64,000 nucleotides of DNA from Candidatus Multivoradales bacterium (GCA_965248055.1 CBDFIJ010000004.1:3136001-3200000), one strand, 5' to 3'. Positions 51,545 to 61,614 are shown, counted from the stretch's first letter. Translations and numbers: made by a program. The notes: a model not told the origin generated them from the sequence alone.

Positions 51545-52799
51545 GCAGGTCGAATACTGGCCTGAAGAATGGAGTCAACACCGACTGCCATTCCTTCGTG
51601 AGTACCATCTTGCCCAAGCACGGAATCTCCTTTCTGTTGGTCGAGCAGTCTTTCTCCTTGAACAAGCTTCGCGCAAGAGCGTGATCGAAGAGATCACGAT
51701 TCATCTAGAGCCCTCGCTCTCCAAAGCTGCTGCCAAGGACGTGCTTGAGGCTATTCAGCGGCTAGTTAGGTTCGTTCTTGTTCAACAGGTCAACGTTTCA
51801 CTGGAATTCGACGTCTCTAGTGTCCCGCGTTCACATAGCCCTATAGCGAAAGACAAACCTGGCAAACCGATCTGCCTATTCTCCGGTGGCTTGGATTCTT
51901 TATCCGGAGCTCTTTTCGCCACGAATCAATACAAATCTATACGGGGCGTCTACTGTTCACATCCTCACCAGTCCAGAGTAACCCGGACCGTGCGCCAACT
52001 AGCGGCAGAGGTTTTCGTGCATACATCGGAACCGCTAATCGAAATTCAGGCACCGAAACTCTCTATCTCAGGTTACGCTCAAACCAGAGGGATCTTCTAC
52101 GCACTGTCCGGTGCTGCAGTTGCAGCAGCGCTATCTTCGGACAAACTACTTATTAGCGAAAGTGGCCCTACAATGTTCCAGCCGCCTTTTGCTCCGGCCG
52201 ACAGCGTAACTATGACAACCCACCCCTTTGTCGTAGCTCGAACAAGAGATATCATCGCTCGCTTCCTACCCACGTTGAACATCGACTTGCAGTTCTCGGA
52301 ACTGACAAAGGCTGAAATCGCCGCATTATGTCCTCGACCAGAATTGGTTGAGAGTTGTCATTCATGCGTTTCCCAGAGACTGCCACTGCACGATGGCACT
52401 TGCTACGGTTGTGTCGTTCGACGCCTTGGCACGGCTGTCGCCGGAGTACGTGACACAGAGTACGCCGTGAATCCGCTCGTCGACGAAAAGGCTCATTTCG
52501 GTAACCTCGTGGCCCTCTTGGAATTTTGCAGAGACCTACTACTCGACCGAAATAGCCTTAGTGCCTACCAGACCGGAATTATCGATCAATATCGTAAATG
52601 GGAGCTATTCGAGCGATATGCCTTGGACAACTTCGCGGCGCTAACCCTAGAAAAAGATGGCAGCCTCATTCCACCTGCCAAACAACTTCTGGATCAAGTG
52701 GTAGGTCAGGTTGGCCTTCCCAGATTACTTGACCGAATTCACTCGGTCAGAGGCATTGCAGACCAACCGACTGTCGAGGAAATCTCGATATCTGCCTGA
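51522..52799 (+). CDS. QueC-family PP-loop ATPase, QatC-like
   Basis: CLFSGGLDS, QTRG, LISESG, TMTTHP, LTKAEI, HSC..HDGTCYGCVVRR; N- and C-terminal extensions absent from housekeeping QueC. Confidence 0.85.
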   Translation: MLITQKLKQVEYWPEEWSQHRLPFLREYHLAQARNLLSVGRAVFLLEQASRKSVIEEITIHLEPSLSKAAAKDVLEAIQRLVRFVLVQQVNVSLEFDVSSVPRSHSPIAKDKPGKPICLFSGGLDSLSGALFATNQYKSIRGVYCSHPHQSRVTRTVRQLAAEVFVHTSEPLIEIQAPKLSISGYAQTRGIFYALSGAAVAAALSSDKLLISESGPTMFQPPFAPADSVTMTTHPFVVARTRDIIARFLPTLNIDLQFSELTKAEIAALCPRPELVESCHSCVSQRLPLHDGTCYGCVVRRLGTAVAGVRDTEYAVNPLVDEKAHFGNLVALLEFCRDLLLDRNSLSAYQTGIIDQYRKWELFERYALDNFAALTLEKDGSLIPPAKQLLDQVVGQVGLPRLLDRIHSVRGIADQPTVEEISISA

Positions 52800-53063
52800 C
52801 CCTTACCTCAAACCCAATCCCGATTTATCCCGGCGATAAACCCCATAGAAATCCCTTTGGGACACACCGCCCACACTCCCCATAGTTCGAGCAAGATCCG
52901 AATGTTCCTCCATCGCCTGTACCATGTTCTGCATCTGGCGGGAGCGCTCGGGTTGGCCTTGGAGCAGCAGGCCGTGGGCGCGATCATTGATCATCATCCC
53001 GCACATGTAAGCAGCAGATGCCAGGCGATTACTTGACCCTTCGGTGCTCGACTGAGGTGGCGC

Positions 53064-53918
53064 TCAACGACGCTGGTAGAAAGTCTCGGATCCACTCAAG
53101 AACAAATCAGGGAGTAGGGGCTGACCTGGCTCGACCGCGTAGTGATCGAAGTTGTCGACGCCATGCTGAGCCAAGATCTCTTCGTCGATGATGAACTGCC
53201 CGGTGAGTTCTTGGGAGGGCGTGGTCAGAACGGCGTGGGCGGCGTCGGCCAAGATTTGCGGCTTGCGGCACTTGCTGGGGTCTGCCAGGGGGCCCAGCAT
53301 TGCCAGGGCGGCGGTGGCGATCACGGTGCGTGGCCACAGCGCGTTGACCGCGACGCCTTGGTTCTTGAATTCCTCGGCCATGCCCAGAACGCATAGGCTC
53401 ATGCCGTACTTGGCCATGGTGTAGGCGAGGTGATGGGCGAACCAAACCGGATCTAAATTGGGCGGCGGAGCCAGGGTCAAGATGTGGGGATTGTCGGCCT
53501 TCAAGAGATGTGGCAAGCAAGTCTGCGAGCACAGGAAGGTGCCTCGGGTGTTGACCGACCACATTAGGTCGAATCGCTTCATCGTTGTTTGTAGAGTTGG
53601 AGTGAGCGAAATCGCGCTGGCGTTGTTGACCAGGATGTCGATGCCTCCGAACTTGGCCACCGCCTGCTCAACAGCATCGTGGACCACCGCTTCTTCGCGA
53701 ATGTCGACCCGCAGTGGCAAGGCGCGACCCCCGGCGGCTTCAACTTCTTTGGCGACAGAATGGATGGTTCCCGGTAGCTGCGGATGGGGCTTGTCGCTTT
53801 TGGCAGCGATGACGATATTGGCTCCGTCTCGGGCGGCTCGAAGAGCGATTTCCCGACCGATACCGCGGCTGGCGCCGGTGATAAACAGAGTCTTGTCTTG
53901 CAGGCTTGCTTGGCTCAT
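53064..53918 (-). CDS. SDR family oxidoreductase (HSDL2/citronellol dehydrogenase-like)
   Basis: ITGASRGIG, LVNNASAI, YTMAKYG, ALWPRT; GGAGG RBS. Confidence 0.92.
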   Translation of the reverse strand: MSQASLQDKTLFITGASRGIGREIALRAARDGANIVIAAKSDKPHPQLPGTIHSVAKEVEAAGGRALPLRVDIREEAVVHDAVEQAVAKFGGIDILVNNASAISLTPTLQTTMKRFDLMWSVNTRGTFLCSQTCLPHLLKADNPHILTLAPPPNLDPVWFAHHLAYTMAKYGMSLCVLGMAEEFKNQGVAVNALWPRTVIATAALAMLGPLADPSKCRKPQILADAAHAVLTTPSQELTGQFIIDEEILAQHGVDNFDHYAVEPGQPLLPDLFLSGSETFYQRR

Positions 53919-54004
53919 GAATTCCTCCAGGCCGGATGATACTTTCTTCGCGATCGGAGGGGGCGGTTCCCTCCCATTTGCAGTCAATCGACAAAGGACG
54001 ACTC

Positions 54005-54370
54005 ATGACACGAAGTATTGACGAATTTCGCCGCCATCGCGAGCACATGAACGACCGGATCTTTGAGACCGGGAATCTCGGAATTAAGCGATTTTTCAAC
54101 CTCGACACCGCCGCCTACCGCGAGGGAGCGTTGAGCGTACAGAGTAAGGAGTTGATGGGGTTGGTGGCGTCGATGGTGCTGCGTTGTAACGATTGCATCG
54201 ACTACCACCTGGATCGTTGCGTCGAAGAGGGGGTCGAAGATGACCCGCTGATGGAGGCGATGAACGTGGCATTGGTGGTCGGGGGCAGCATCGTCATCCC
54301 GCATTTACGCCACGCGGTCGGAACCCTGGACCAACTCCGGGGTCGCGATACCGAGCATGAAGGGGGTTGA
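54005..54370 (+). CDS. Carboxymuconolactone decarboxylase/AhpD family protein
   Basis: KELMGLVASMVLRCNDCIDYH (CxxC..H). Confidence 0.88.
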   Translation: MTRSIDEFRRHREHMNDRIFETGNLGIKRFFNLDTAAYREGALSVQSKELMGLVASMVLRCNDCIDYHLDRCVEEGVEDDPLMEAMNVALVVGGSIVIPHLRHAVGTLDQLRGRDTEHEGG

Positions 54371-54788
54371 AATTTCGATCAGTCCAACCCCGGTCGATCG
54401 ATTCCGAATCCTGGTGATTTGCACCGGCAACTCGGCTCGCTCGCAGATCGCCGAAGCCCTGGTTTCGTCATCTGGGCGGCTAGCGTCTTGAGGTGGTGAG
54501 CGCAGGTACCGATCCGGTCGGTGTGCATCCGCTGGTTCCCAAGGTGATGGCCGAGGTCGGCGTTGCGACCACTGGTCTGTGATCCAAAGCAATCACCGAA
54601 TTTGTTGAGCAAGAATCTAATCTGGTGATCACAGTGTGTGATCGAGCTGCGGCTTCTTGCCGGTGTTTCCCGGCGCCGGGGCTACGTTGTACTGGCCGTT
54701 TGTCGATCCCGCAGCAGCCGAGCCGACGGATCAGACAGCAGCCTTTCGCGATGTACGCGATCGGATCGGCGATCGAGTGGGTGGCTAG
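54357..54788 (+). pseudogene. arsC: Arsenate reductase ArsC (LMW-PTP fold) pseudogene
   Basis: Manual reading: RILVICTGNSARSQIAEAL / EVVSAGTDP.GVHP / LVITVCD.AA.SC / PVFPG..W.F.DPA..FRDVRD; two frameshifts plus in-frame TAG and TGA. Confidence 0.85.
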
Positions 54789-56434
54789 TTGACGGGCGTT
54801 GCGGGCGCGGGCTCTCTGCCGAACAGCTCGCCAAAGAAATTCCCCTGGTTCCAGGTCGGTTTGTCCGGAGCATTGGCGATCATCTGACCGATCAAGGCGT
54901 TGACTTGTGCGAAGGTGGTCACCGCGCCGAAATCGACCGCTAGGCCGATTTGGTCGGAAGGCTTGTGGTAATTCTGTTTGCGGAACTGAGTCTGGATTGC
55001 TTCACCATCGATCTCGGGATCAGACGATTGAAAACCGGGCTTGAGATAGACCGCGGGGACTCCTTTGCGGACGAAGGAATATTGATCTGAGCGAACGAAC
55101 AGAACTTCTTGGGGCATCGGATCCGGGGACAGCGTCAACCCGGTTGCGGTCGCGGCTTCTTCGAGGATCTGCTTCAAACTCGAATGCTCGGCTCCAAAGG
55201 CCACCATGTCGGCAAGCGGATACATCAACAGAGGCATGTCGACGTTGACGTTGGCGATCATCGATTCGGTGGGTACGGTGGGGAATTCAGCGAAGTACTG
55301 AGAGCCGAGTAGTCCGCTTTCCTCGCCGGTGACGGCGAGAAACAAGATCGAACGCGCCGGTCGCTGGGGAACTTCTGCCAAACTCCGCGCCACTTCCAAC
55401 ATGATGGAGATGCCCATTGCATTGTCGTAATAACCGTTGCTGATGTCGTCGCCGTCGATCTCTCGGCCACGGCCGATGTGGTCCAAATGGGCCGAGTAGA
55501 CGACGTATTGGTCGGCTAAATCAGGGTCAGATCCACGCAGGATACCTGCGACGTTGGGACTGGTTACCACCTGTTGCTGGCTCTCAGCGGCAAACGAGAG
55601 ACTGACTCCGGGCATATTGAAACTTGCTGGAACGCCTTCCTCGGCCTCAGCCAAAACTTGCTCGACGTCGGCCCCAGCCAGGGCCAATACCTTTTCGGCT
55701 CCAGTCGGACTGAGGACGATACGGGCTTTGTAACTAGGGGCGATACTGTCTGGAAATTGCTCGTCATTGCGCCACACCATGTTGGGGCGATCAGCGAACT
55801 GCAGAACACGATCCCATGAATAGCGCTTGCGGTCGGTCAAGGTTCTAATCTGCATGGCTCCGACCGCGCCGCGCGCGATCAGCTCTCGATTCTTGGTTGC
55901 GCGGGAGGAGTAATGCGCTCGCCGTTCGCTGGGTAGGCTGCTGGGAGCTCCACTGAGAAGGACAGCGATCTTGCCGTCGACATCAACGTTGCCGAAACTG
56001 TCGACGCCGTCGTCTGGGGCGTCGATTCCAAAACCGACGAACACCAGCGGCGCGGAGACCTGGACCGACGCGGCAAACGGATAGTGCGATGCTAGAAAAT
56101 CCTCTTTGTGCTCAAGGGTTACCATCTCGTCATCCATCTGCAACACGACTCCAGGGGCGGTCTCCGAATTGCTGGTTCTGACGAACTCAATGCGCTGTAA
56201 GAATCCGTCGGTGCCTCCGGGCTCCAGACCGATTTGCTGAAATTCAGAAGCGACGTACTTGGCGGCAATTTCGTAGCCAGGCGTTCCGGTCTCGCGCCCT
56301 TCCAGCAGATCATCTGCGAGGAAGTCGAGGTGTGCGCGCACTCGATCGCTCGAAATCGCAGTCGAGTCTGCGAACAAAGAACCGGCGCTCGCCAGAACGA
56401 GGCAAAAAAGGACCGTTTGAGTTGTTTTATGCAT
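54785..56434 (-). CDS. M28 family peptidase with PA domain (secreted)
   Basis: LADDLLEGRETG, SAHLDH, DNAMG, GEESGLLGS, NVDM, RSDQ, YHKPSD. Confidence 0.92.
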   Translation of the reverse strand: MHKTTQTVLFCLVLASAGSLFADSTAISSDRVRAHLDFLADDLLEGRETGTPGYEIAAKYVASEFQQIGLEPGGTDGFLQRIEFVRTSNSETAPGVVLQMDDEMVTLEHKEDFLASHYPFAASVQVSAPLVFVGFGIDAPDDGVDSFGNVDVDGKIAVLLSGAPSSLPSERRAHYSSRATKNRELIARGAVGAMQIRTLTDRKRYSWDRVLQFADRPNMVWRNDEQFPDSIAPSYKARIVLSPTGAEKVLALAGADVEQVLAEAEEGVPASFNMPGVSLSFAAESQQQVVTSPNVAGILRGSDPDLADQYVVYSAHLDHIGRGREIDGDDISNGYYDNAMGISIMLEVARSLAEVPQRPARSILFLAVTGEESGLLGSQYFAEFPTVPTESMIANVNVDMPLLMYPLADMVAFGAEHSSLKQILEEAATATGLTLSPDPMPQEVLFVRSDQYSFVRKGVPAVYLKPGFQSSDPEIDGEAIQTQFRKQNYHKPSDQIGLAVDFGAVTTFAQVNALIGQMIANAPDKPTWNQGNFFGELFGREPAPATPVN

Positions 56435-56460
56435 GGTGTCTCCTGGCTGCGCAGCCTATC

Positions 56461-57309
56461 TCACTGGCTGTTGGTGCGGTCTTGGGTGGAGGAATCGAGC
56501 TGATCAGCCAAGGATGACAACAAGACTTCAGCCGGGTTGCTCAGGTGGATGATACGGCTGCCCGGTGGCGGCGGGGCATGGGGATCGATCGAAAACATCT
56601 GCGCCTTGGAGTCCCAGCCAGCGCGGATAAGCATGTCGGTAATTCCCACTGAGAACGAGGTGCCGACAAACATAATCAGGTTTGCAGCGCGTGCGCATTC
56701 CAGTACCTGGTCGATCCGGTAGTCCAAGTGGCTGTCGTAGTACTCGTCAAAGAACAATACATGGGGCCGAAGCACAGAACTGCATTCGGGACAGTGTGGC
56801 AAGGTTTCCTGGGACGGCTTGGTGCGAAATGACGCAAGGTCGATCTGCGCTCGGTCGATGGAACCGGCTGGTGCCGCGCGAGAACAGCTCCTCGCCGAGC
56901 AGCGGAGTCGACTCGCAGTGCCGTGGACCTTGATCAGTTCCTGACTACCAGCGCGCTCGTGCAGTGGGTCGATATTCTGTGTGACGACGGTAAATGCTTG
57001 GGAGCGTTGTCTCGCCCAGCGCTCCATCTCGACCAAAGCGAAGTGAGCTGGGTTGGGTTGGGCCGAGTCCACCGTAGCAAAACGGTCCAAATACCAACGC
57101 CAGTGCCCAACTGGGTCCCTTTCGAGCATGCCGCGGGTCGCCATTTCTAGGTCGTGCACATTCCAGATGGCGCCTGGGTCTGAGCCACGAAAGGTTTGAA
57201 TGCCGCTGGCACGGCTGATCCCGGCTCCGGTGACGATCAAGATCTCGGTTCCGGTCTCGATAAATGCATCCAAGAGTTGCTGCGACGGATTTGTTGGCAG
57301 GTCTGTCAT
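56461..57309 (-). CDS. Sir2-family NAD-dependent deacylase
   Basis: TGAGISRASGIQTFRG, TQNID, HG, CxxxxC..CPEC, GTS; start ATG 57309 chosen. Confidence 0.9.
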   Translation of the reverse strand: MTDLPTNPSQQLLDAFIETGTEILIVTGAGISRASGIQTFRGSDPGAIWNVHDLEMATRGMLERDPVGHWRWYLDRFATVDSAQPNPAHFALVEMERWARQRSQAFTVVTQNIDPLHERAGSQELIKVHGTASRLRCSARSCSRAAPAGSIDRAQIDLASFRTKPSQETLPHCPECSSVLRPHVLFFDEYYDSHLDYRIDQVLECARAANLIMFVGTSFSVGITDMLIRAGWDSKAQMFSIDPHAPPPPGSRIIHLSNPAEVLLSSLADQLDSSTQDRTNSQ

Positions 57310-57354
57310 GGTGTGAAAATTGTGCGGCGTTACTCTCTCGACTGGGCCGCGCCG

Positions 57355-57360
57355 TAGAAT
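57355..57360 (+). promoter_or_regulatory. Putative -10 element for a leaderless fmdB-like/murJ operon
   Basis: TAGAAT at -12..-7 of the GTG at 57367; no Shine-Dalgarno. Confidence 0.45.
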
Positions 57361-57366
57361 ACGACG

Positions 57367-57876
57367 GTGCCGATCTATGAGTTCTACTGCGAAGCTTGCC
57401 ACACCGTCTACAGCTTCCTTTCGCAGCGGGTCGATTCCGAGGTGGTGCCGGCCTGTCCAACCGAGGAGGACCACCAGCTGCAGCGCAAGCCGTCCCAGTT
57501 CGCCACTATTTCCAGCAGCGATCAGAAACTTGGTGATGACGAAATGATTCCCGGTGTTGACGAGGATCGGTTAGAGCGAGCGGTGGATCAATTGGCGGGT
57601 GAATTTGAGCATGGCAATGTGGACGCAGATGACCCCAAGGTCATGGCGCAGATGTTTCGCCGCTTCGGCGAGGCGGGTGGCTTGAAACCGGGGCCGATGA
57701 TGGAAGAGATGCTGGCGAAACTGGAGAGCGCCGACGACATCGAACAGGTGGAAGCTGAGTTTCAAGGGCTGGACGACAGCGAGGCAGACGTCGAACAGTT
57801 CTTCCAGGTGCGCAAGGCTTTGCGCGATCGCTGTCAACGCCAACCACAGGTCGACGAGACCCTCTATTTTCTCTAG
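57367..57876 (+). CDS. FmdB-family zinc ribbon protein
   Basis: MPIYEFYCEAC..ACP; acidic helical C-terminus with DDPKVMAQM. Confidence 0.85.
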   Translation: MPIYEFYCEACHTVYSFLSQRVDSEVVPACPTEEDHQLQRKPSQFATISSSDQKLGDDEMIPGVDEDRLERAVDQLAGEFEHGNVDADDPKVMAQMFRRFGEAGGLKPGPMMEEMLAKLESADDIEQVEAEFQGLDDSEADVEQFFQVRKALRDRCQRQPQVDETLYFL

Positions 57877-59489
57877 TGGCCTCTGGGGCAATCAAGGTAG
57901 CAACCGGCATCCTGCTCAGTAGGATCAGTGGTTTCGTGCGTGAGGTGGTGATCGCTGCGCTGCTGGGCGCAACCGCCTATGCGGATGTCTTTCGTTTCCT
58001 GCTGCGCGCGCCGAACCTGTTGCAGAACCTGTTAGGAGAACAAACCCTTTCAGCGGCTCTGATTCCAGTTTATTCGCGGCGCTTGGCCAAGGGAGATCCA
58101 GAGGGCGCGCGACGCTTGGCCGGAAGAGTTTTGGGTTGGTTACTGGTGATTGTCGCCTTGCTGGTGGTGGCTGGGTCGCTGTTGGCGGAACCGTTTGTTG
58201 GCTTGGTGATGCCTGGGTGGCTAGTCGATCGAGCCGCAACGGCAGAGGCGCTCGGGGTCGATCGGTTTGCGCTCGCGGTACAGGGGATCCGCTGGATGTT
58301 TCCGGCGATCGGTTTCTTAGTTCTCTCTGCGTGGGCGCTGGCAGTGCTCAACAGCCATCGCCGTTTTCTGGTTTCCTACACCGCACCGATTGTTTGGAAT
58401 TTGGCGATTGCCGGGGCTTTGATCGCTGCTACTCAGGGCTGGTTGGGCGAGCGCAGTAGTGGTTCACTGTTGGTGATGGCCGGGGTGTTCGGCGTCTTGG
58501 TGGGGAGCGCGCTGCAGTTTTTCGTGCAGTTGCCGTTTGTCCGTCGAGAAACCGGCAGCTTGCCGCTGAGCCGCCCTCGTTGGACCTCCGGCGTGGGTGA
58601 AGTAGCTGGCGCGATGGGACCGTTGATGGCAGGGCGGGGCGTGGTGCAGTTGTCAGCCTATTTGGACCAATTCCTGGCTTCCTTCATTGCCGCCGGGGGG
58701 ATTTCGGTTCTGGGATATTCACAGACCTTGTTCTTGTTGCCGGTGGCGTTGTTGGGCATGTCGATGGCGGCCGCCGAGCTGCCGACGCTTTCGCGAGAAC
58801 TGGAGTCAGGGGTAATCGGCGATTTGGTTCCGCGCATCCGCAACGCGTTGCGTCGCACCGGAGTCTTCGCGGTGCCCGCCGCGGTTGGGTTCTTGCTGCT
58901 GGGCGGGTTGTTGGTGCGGGTGGCCTTTCAAAGAGGCCGATTTACCGCAGAGGACTCGACGCTGACTTGGTTGGTGTTGTCGGGCTACTCGTTGGGATTG
59001 GTGGCGACGATTGCTGCCCGGCAACTGCAGAATGTGTTTGTCGCCGCCAGCAAGACCAAGACCCCGGCAAGAATCGCGGTGCTGCGGGTGGTTGTGTCGG
59101 CGGCGATTGGGATTCCAGCGATGCTCTACTTGGATCAATATTGGGTGCCTGGATTCACCGACGGCGCACGGCGCTTAGGAGCGGTGGGGCTGGCGGTGGG
59201 CTCCGGGATCGCCGCCTGGGTCGAATTAGCAGCACTACGCCGCGCGCTGGCGAAGATCGAGTTTCGCCATCTTCTGCCAGTCGGTTTGTGGTTGCGAGCA
59301 CTGGCTTTGTCGCTGGTTGCGGCAACCTTGGCATGGGGGCTTTGGGTTTTGCTCGATCGCGCGCAGGTGGGTGGATGGAAAGATCTGGCCACCCTCGGGT
59401 GCTATGCTGCCAGCTACGTGATTGGGGCACGCCTTCTCGGAATGCAGGAAGTGACCGACTGGTTTCAGTCGGACGCGGAAGGAACTTAA
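57876..59489 (+). CDS. murJ: Lipid II flippase MurJ
   Basis: LSRISGFVRE, PNLLQNLLGEQTLSAALIPVY, LNSHRRF, FQRGRFT. Confidence 0.93.
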   Translation: MASGAIKVATGILLSRISGFVREVVIAALLGATAYADVFRFLLRAPNLLQNLLGEQTLSAALIPVYSRRLAKGDPEGARRLAGRVLGWLLVIVALLVVAGSLLAEPFVGLVMPGWLVDRAATAEALGVDRFALAVQGIRWMFPAIGFLVLSAWALAVLNSHRRFLVSYTAPIVWNLAIAGALIAATQGWLGERSSGSLLVMAGVFGVLVGSALQFFVQLPFVRRETGSLPLSRPRWTSGVGEVAGAMGPLMAGRGVVQLSAYLDQFLASFIAAGGISVLGYSQTLFLLPVALLGMSMAAAELPTLSRELESGVIGDLVPRIRNALRRTGVFAVPAAVGFLLLGGLLVRVAFQRGRFTAEDSTLTWLVLSGYSLGLVATIAARQLQNVFVAASKTKTPARIAVLRVVVSAAIGIPAMLYLDQYWVPGFTDGARRLGAVGLAVGSGIAAWVELAALRRALAKIEFRHLLPVGLWLRALALSLVAATLAWGLWVLLDRAQVGGWKDLATLGCYAASYVIGARLLGMQEVTDWFQSDAEGT

Positions 59490-59933
59490 ATGCGCATCGC
59501 GATCGCTTCTGACCACGCTGGATACCTTTACAAAGAGGGATTGATTGCGATGCTCCAAGAAATGGGGCACGAGGTGGTTGATCTTGGCACCGATTCGACC
59601 GAGTCTGTTGACTATCCGTTGTACATCCGTCCGGCCGCAGAAGCCGTACAAAAAGGGCAATGCGAGCGAGGAATCGTGCTTGGCGGATCGGGCAACGGAG
59701 AAGCGATGGTGGCCAATCGGTTGGCTGGCATTCGCTGTGCATTGTGTTGGAACGTAGAGTCGGCGCGAATGGCGCGCTCTCACAACGACGCAAATATGAT
59801 TTCTTTGGGGGAGCGGATGATGGATTTTGAAACCGCATGCGAGATTGTTCGTATTTGGATAGAGACCCCGTTTGACGGCGGCCGCCACCAAGCGCGAATT
59901 CGCCAGATCGACGGTGTCGAGGTTGATCGATGA
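59490..59933 (+). CDS. rpiB: Ribose-5-phosphate isomerase B
   Basis: ASDHAG, DYP, GGSGNGE, HNDAN, FDGGRH. Confidence 0.93.
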   Translation: MRIAIASDHAGYLYKEGLIAMLQEMGHEVVDLGTDSTESVDYPLYIRPAAEAVQKGQCERGIVLGGSGNGEAMVANRLAGIRCALCWNVESARMARSHNDANMISLGERMMDFETACEIVRIWIETPFDGGRHQARIRQIDGVEVDR

Positions 59934-60502
59934 GCGAGACTGCACTCAGCATTTGTATTGGATTGGGACTGGCAGCAGCCTGCGGCTTTCGTGTTTTTGT
60001 TCCGTTGTTGGTGGTTAATCTGGCCGCGCGGGCTGGGTTCCTGTCTCTCGGTGAGAGCTTTCAGTGGTTGGAGTCAACCCCCGCGTTGCTGGCGTTTGCC
60101 GGAGCGACGGTTCTTGAGGTCGGTGCCTACTACATTCCCTGGATCGACAATTTGCTGGATATCGTCTCTTCGCCGGCGGCGGTGACCGCAGGGACCGTGC
60201 TCAGCGCCTCGGTGATCACCGGAATCGATCCCTTTTTCAAGTGGACCTTGGCTGCCATCGCAGGCGGCGGAATCGCCGGTGGTGTGCAGTTGCTGTCTAG
60301 TGGCACACGGGGGGCTTCAACCGTACTCACCGCTGGGTTGGGGAATTTCGCGGTGTCTTCGGCGGAATTGACTGGTTCGGTTCTATTTTCCATAGCCTCC
60401 GTAGTGGTGCCAGTCGTTGCCATGATCTTGCTTCTGGTATTAACCTTGTTTGCAGTGAGTCGACTTCGTCGTCGGCGTTATCAAACGATTCCTGATTCAT
60501 GA
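59930..60502 (+). CDS. DUF4126 family membrane protein
   Basis: GLGLAAACGFRVFVPL, YYIPWIDNLLD, GLGN..S.AE. Confidence 0.85.
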   Translation: MSETALSICIGLGLAAACGFRVFVPLLVVNLAARAGFLSLGESFQWLESTPALLAFAGATVLEVGAYYIPWIDNLLDIVSSPAAVTAGTVLSASVITGIDPFFKWTLAAIAGGGIAGGVQLLSSGTRGASTVLTAGLGNFAVSSAELTGSVLFSIASVVVPVVAMILLLVLTLFAVSRLRRRRYQTIPDS

Positions 60503-61614
60503 GTTACGTCCATCGCCGAGCCATCCCTGTCTTCGTCCTAGCGACGTTGTGGGGATCTGTGCTCTCGGCGGTGGGAACCGAGTCGAGCGAGCGAGAAACA
60601 GCGCTTCAGGCACGTAATGCAGCGCCGACCGCGGTGGTGGCACCATTTCAAGTTGACCCCGAGATGCGCGAGTGGGTTCATCGTGAGGTGGGCTACGGTG
60701 GATCGCGCGAGAAACGACTCAATCGACTGTTGATGGCCTTGCTCGGCGATCGCAATCTGGACCTGACCTACGCCGCCGGCTACACCGGAACAGCCCGAGA
60801 AGTCTTTGAAACCCGATCGGCGAACTGTTTGGGGTTTACCCACTTGTTCGTTGGACTAGCCCGTGAGTTGGGCGTCAGCGTCGACTACTTGAGAGTGGCG
60901 GACGTCCAGCGGGTGCAAAGGCAGGGCGACTTTGTGGTTGTTTCTGGACACGTCAGTGCTGGCTACAACACCGGTCCGGAGTACCAGGTCTTGGATTTCT
61001 CGGAACTTCCCAGCGACGAGTACCGGCATGTGCAAGTGATGGATGACCGCTCGGTAGTAGCCTTGCATCACGTCAATCGCGGCGCGGAGTTGATGCTCGA
61101 AGGGCGCTGGAGTGAGGCGTTGAAGTGGTTGGAATTGGGAGTCACATTTGACCCCACACTACCCGAAGGTTGGGTCAACCTGGGGGTGCATTACCGACAG
61201 GCTGGACGCATCGTCGAGGCCGAGCAGGCCTACCGAACGGCGATTGAACTCTCTCCTGAGTTTGCCTCTGCCTACCAGAATTTGGCAGCTTTGTTGATGC
61301 AACAGCACGGAAGAAGAGATGAAGCGTTGGGGTTGCTGGATCTGGCGACTGAGAACAAGACTCGCAATCCGTATCATTTTGTGGCGTTGGGAGACTTGGC
61401 AAGAGGGCAGGGGCGCATGGAGATCGCCGGTAGCTATTACCGCCGGGCTCTGGCGTTAGCTCCAGGAGAAGCTGAGACCCTGGCAGCTATGGGCATTTGG
61501 GCTGACCTCGCTGAGAAGCCTCGCAAAGCCCGCAAGCTTTTGCGCAAGGCCAAGAGCGCCGATGCAGAGCACCCCCGGGTCAAGACCCTGGCACAGCGAC
61601 TACGCGACAGCTAG
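60499..61614 (+). CDS. Transglutaminase-like plus TPR-repeat secreted protein
   Basis: ANCLGFTHLFVGLAR (Cys), GHV, LDF triad-like; C-terminal TPRs. Confidence 0.78.
   Translation: MSYVHRRAIPVFVLATLWGSVLSAVGTESSERETALQARNAAPTAVVAPFQVDPEMREWVHREVGYGGSREKRLNRLLMALLGDRNLDLTYAAGYTGTAREVFETRSANCLGFTHLFVGLARELGVSVDYLRVADVQRVQRQGDFVVVSGHVSAGYNTGPEYQVLDFSELPSDEYRHVQVMDDRSVVALHHVNRGAELMLEGRWSEALKWLELGVTFDPTLPEGWVNLGVHYRQAGRIVEAEQAYRTAIELSPEFASAYQNLAALLMQQHGRRDEALGLLDLATENKTRNPYHFVALGDLARGQGRMEIAGSYYRRALALAPGEAETLAAMGIWADLAEKPRKARKLLRKAKSADAEHPRVKTLAQRLRDS

Noticed and set aside
51522-52799. Housekeeping queC for queuosine synthesis
   Set aside because: 425 aa is far longer than canonical QueC; it has the TTHP motif and extensions, sits in a foreign island and has no que genes nearby
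52803-53006. 67-aa minus-strand ORF at the island edge
   Set aside because: No recognisable motif or clear RBS; may be a gene remnant but cannot be supported
54579-54583. In-frame TGA in the arsC-like sequence as possible selenocysteine
   Set aside because: It is not at a Cys position (GL*SK, probably CGA/TGG to TGA), and the gene also has a TAG and two frameshifts
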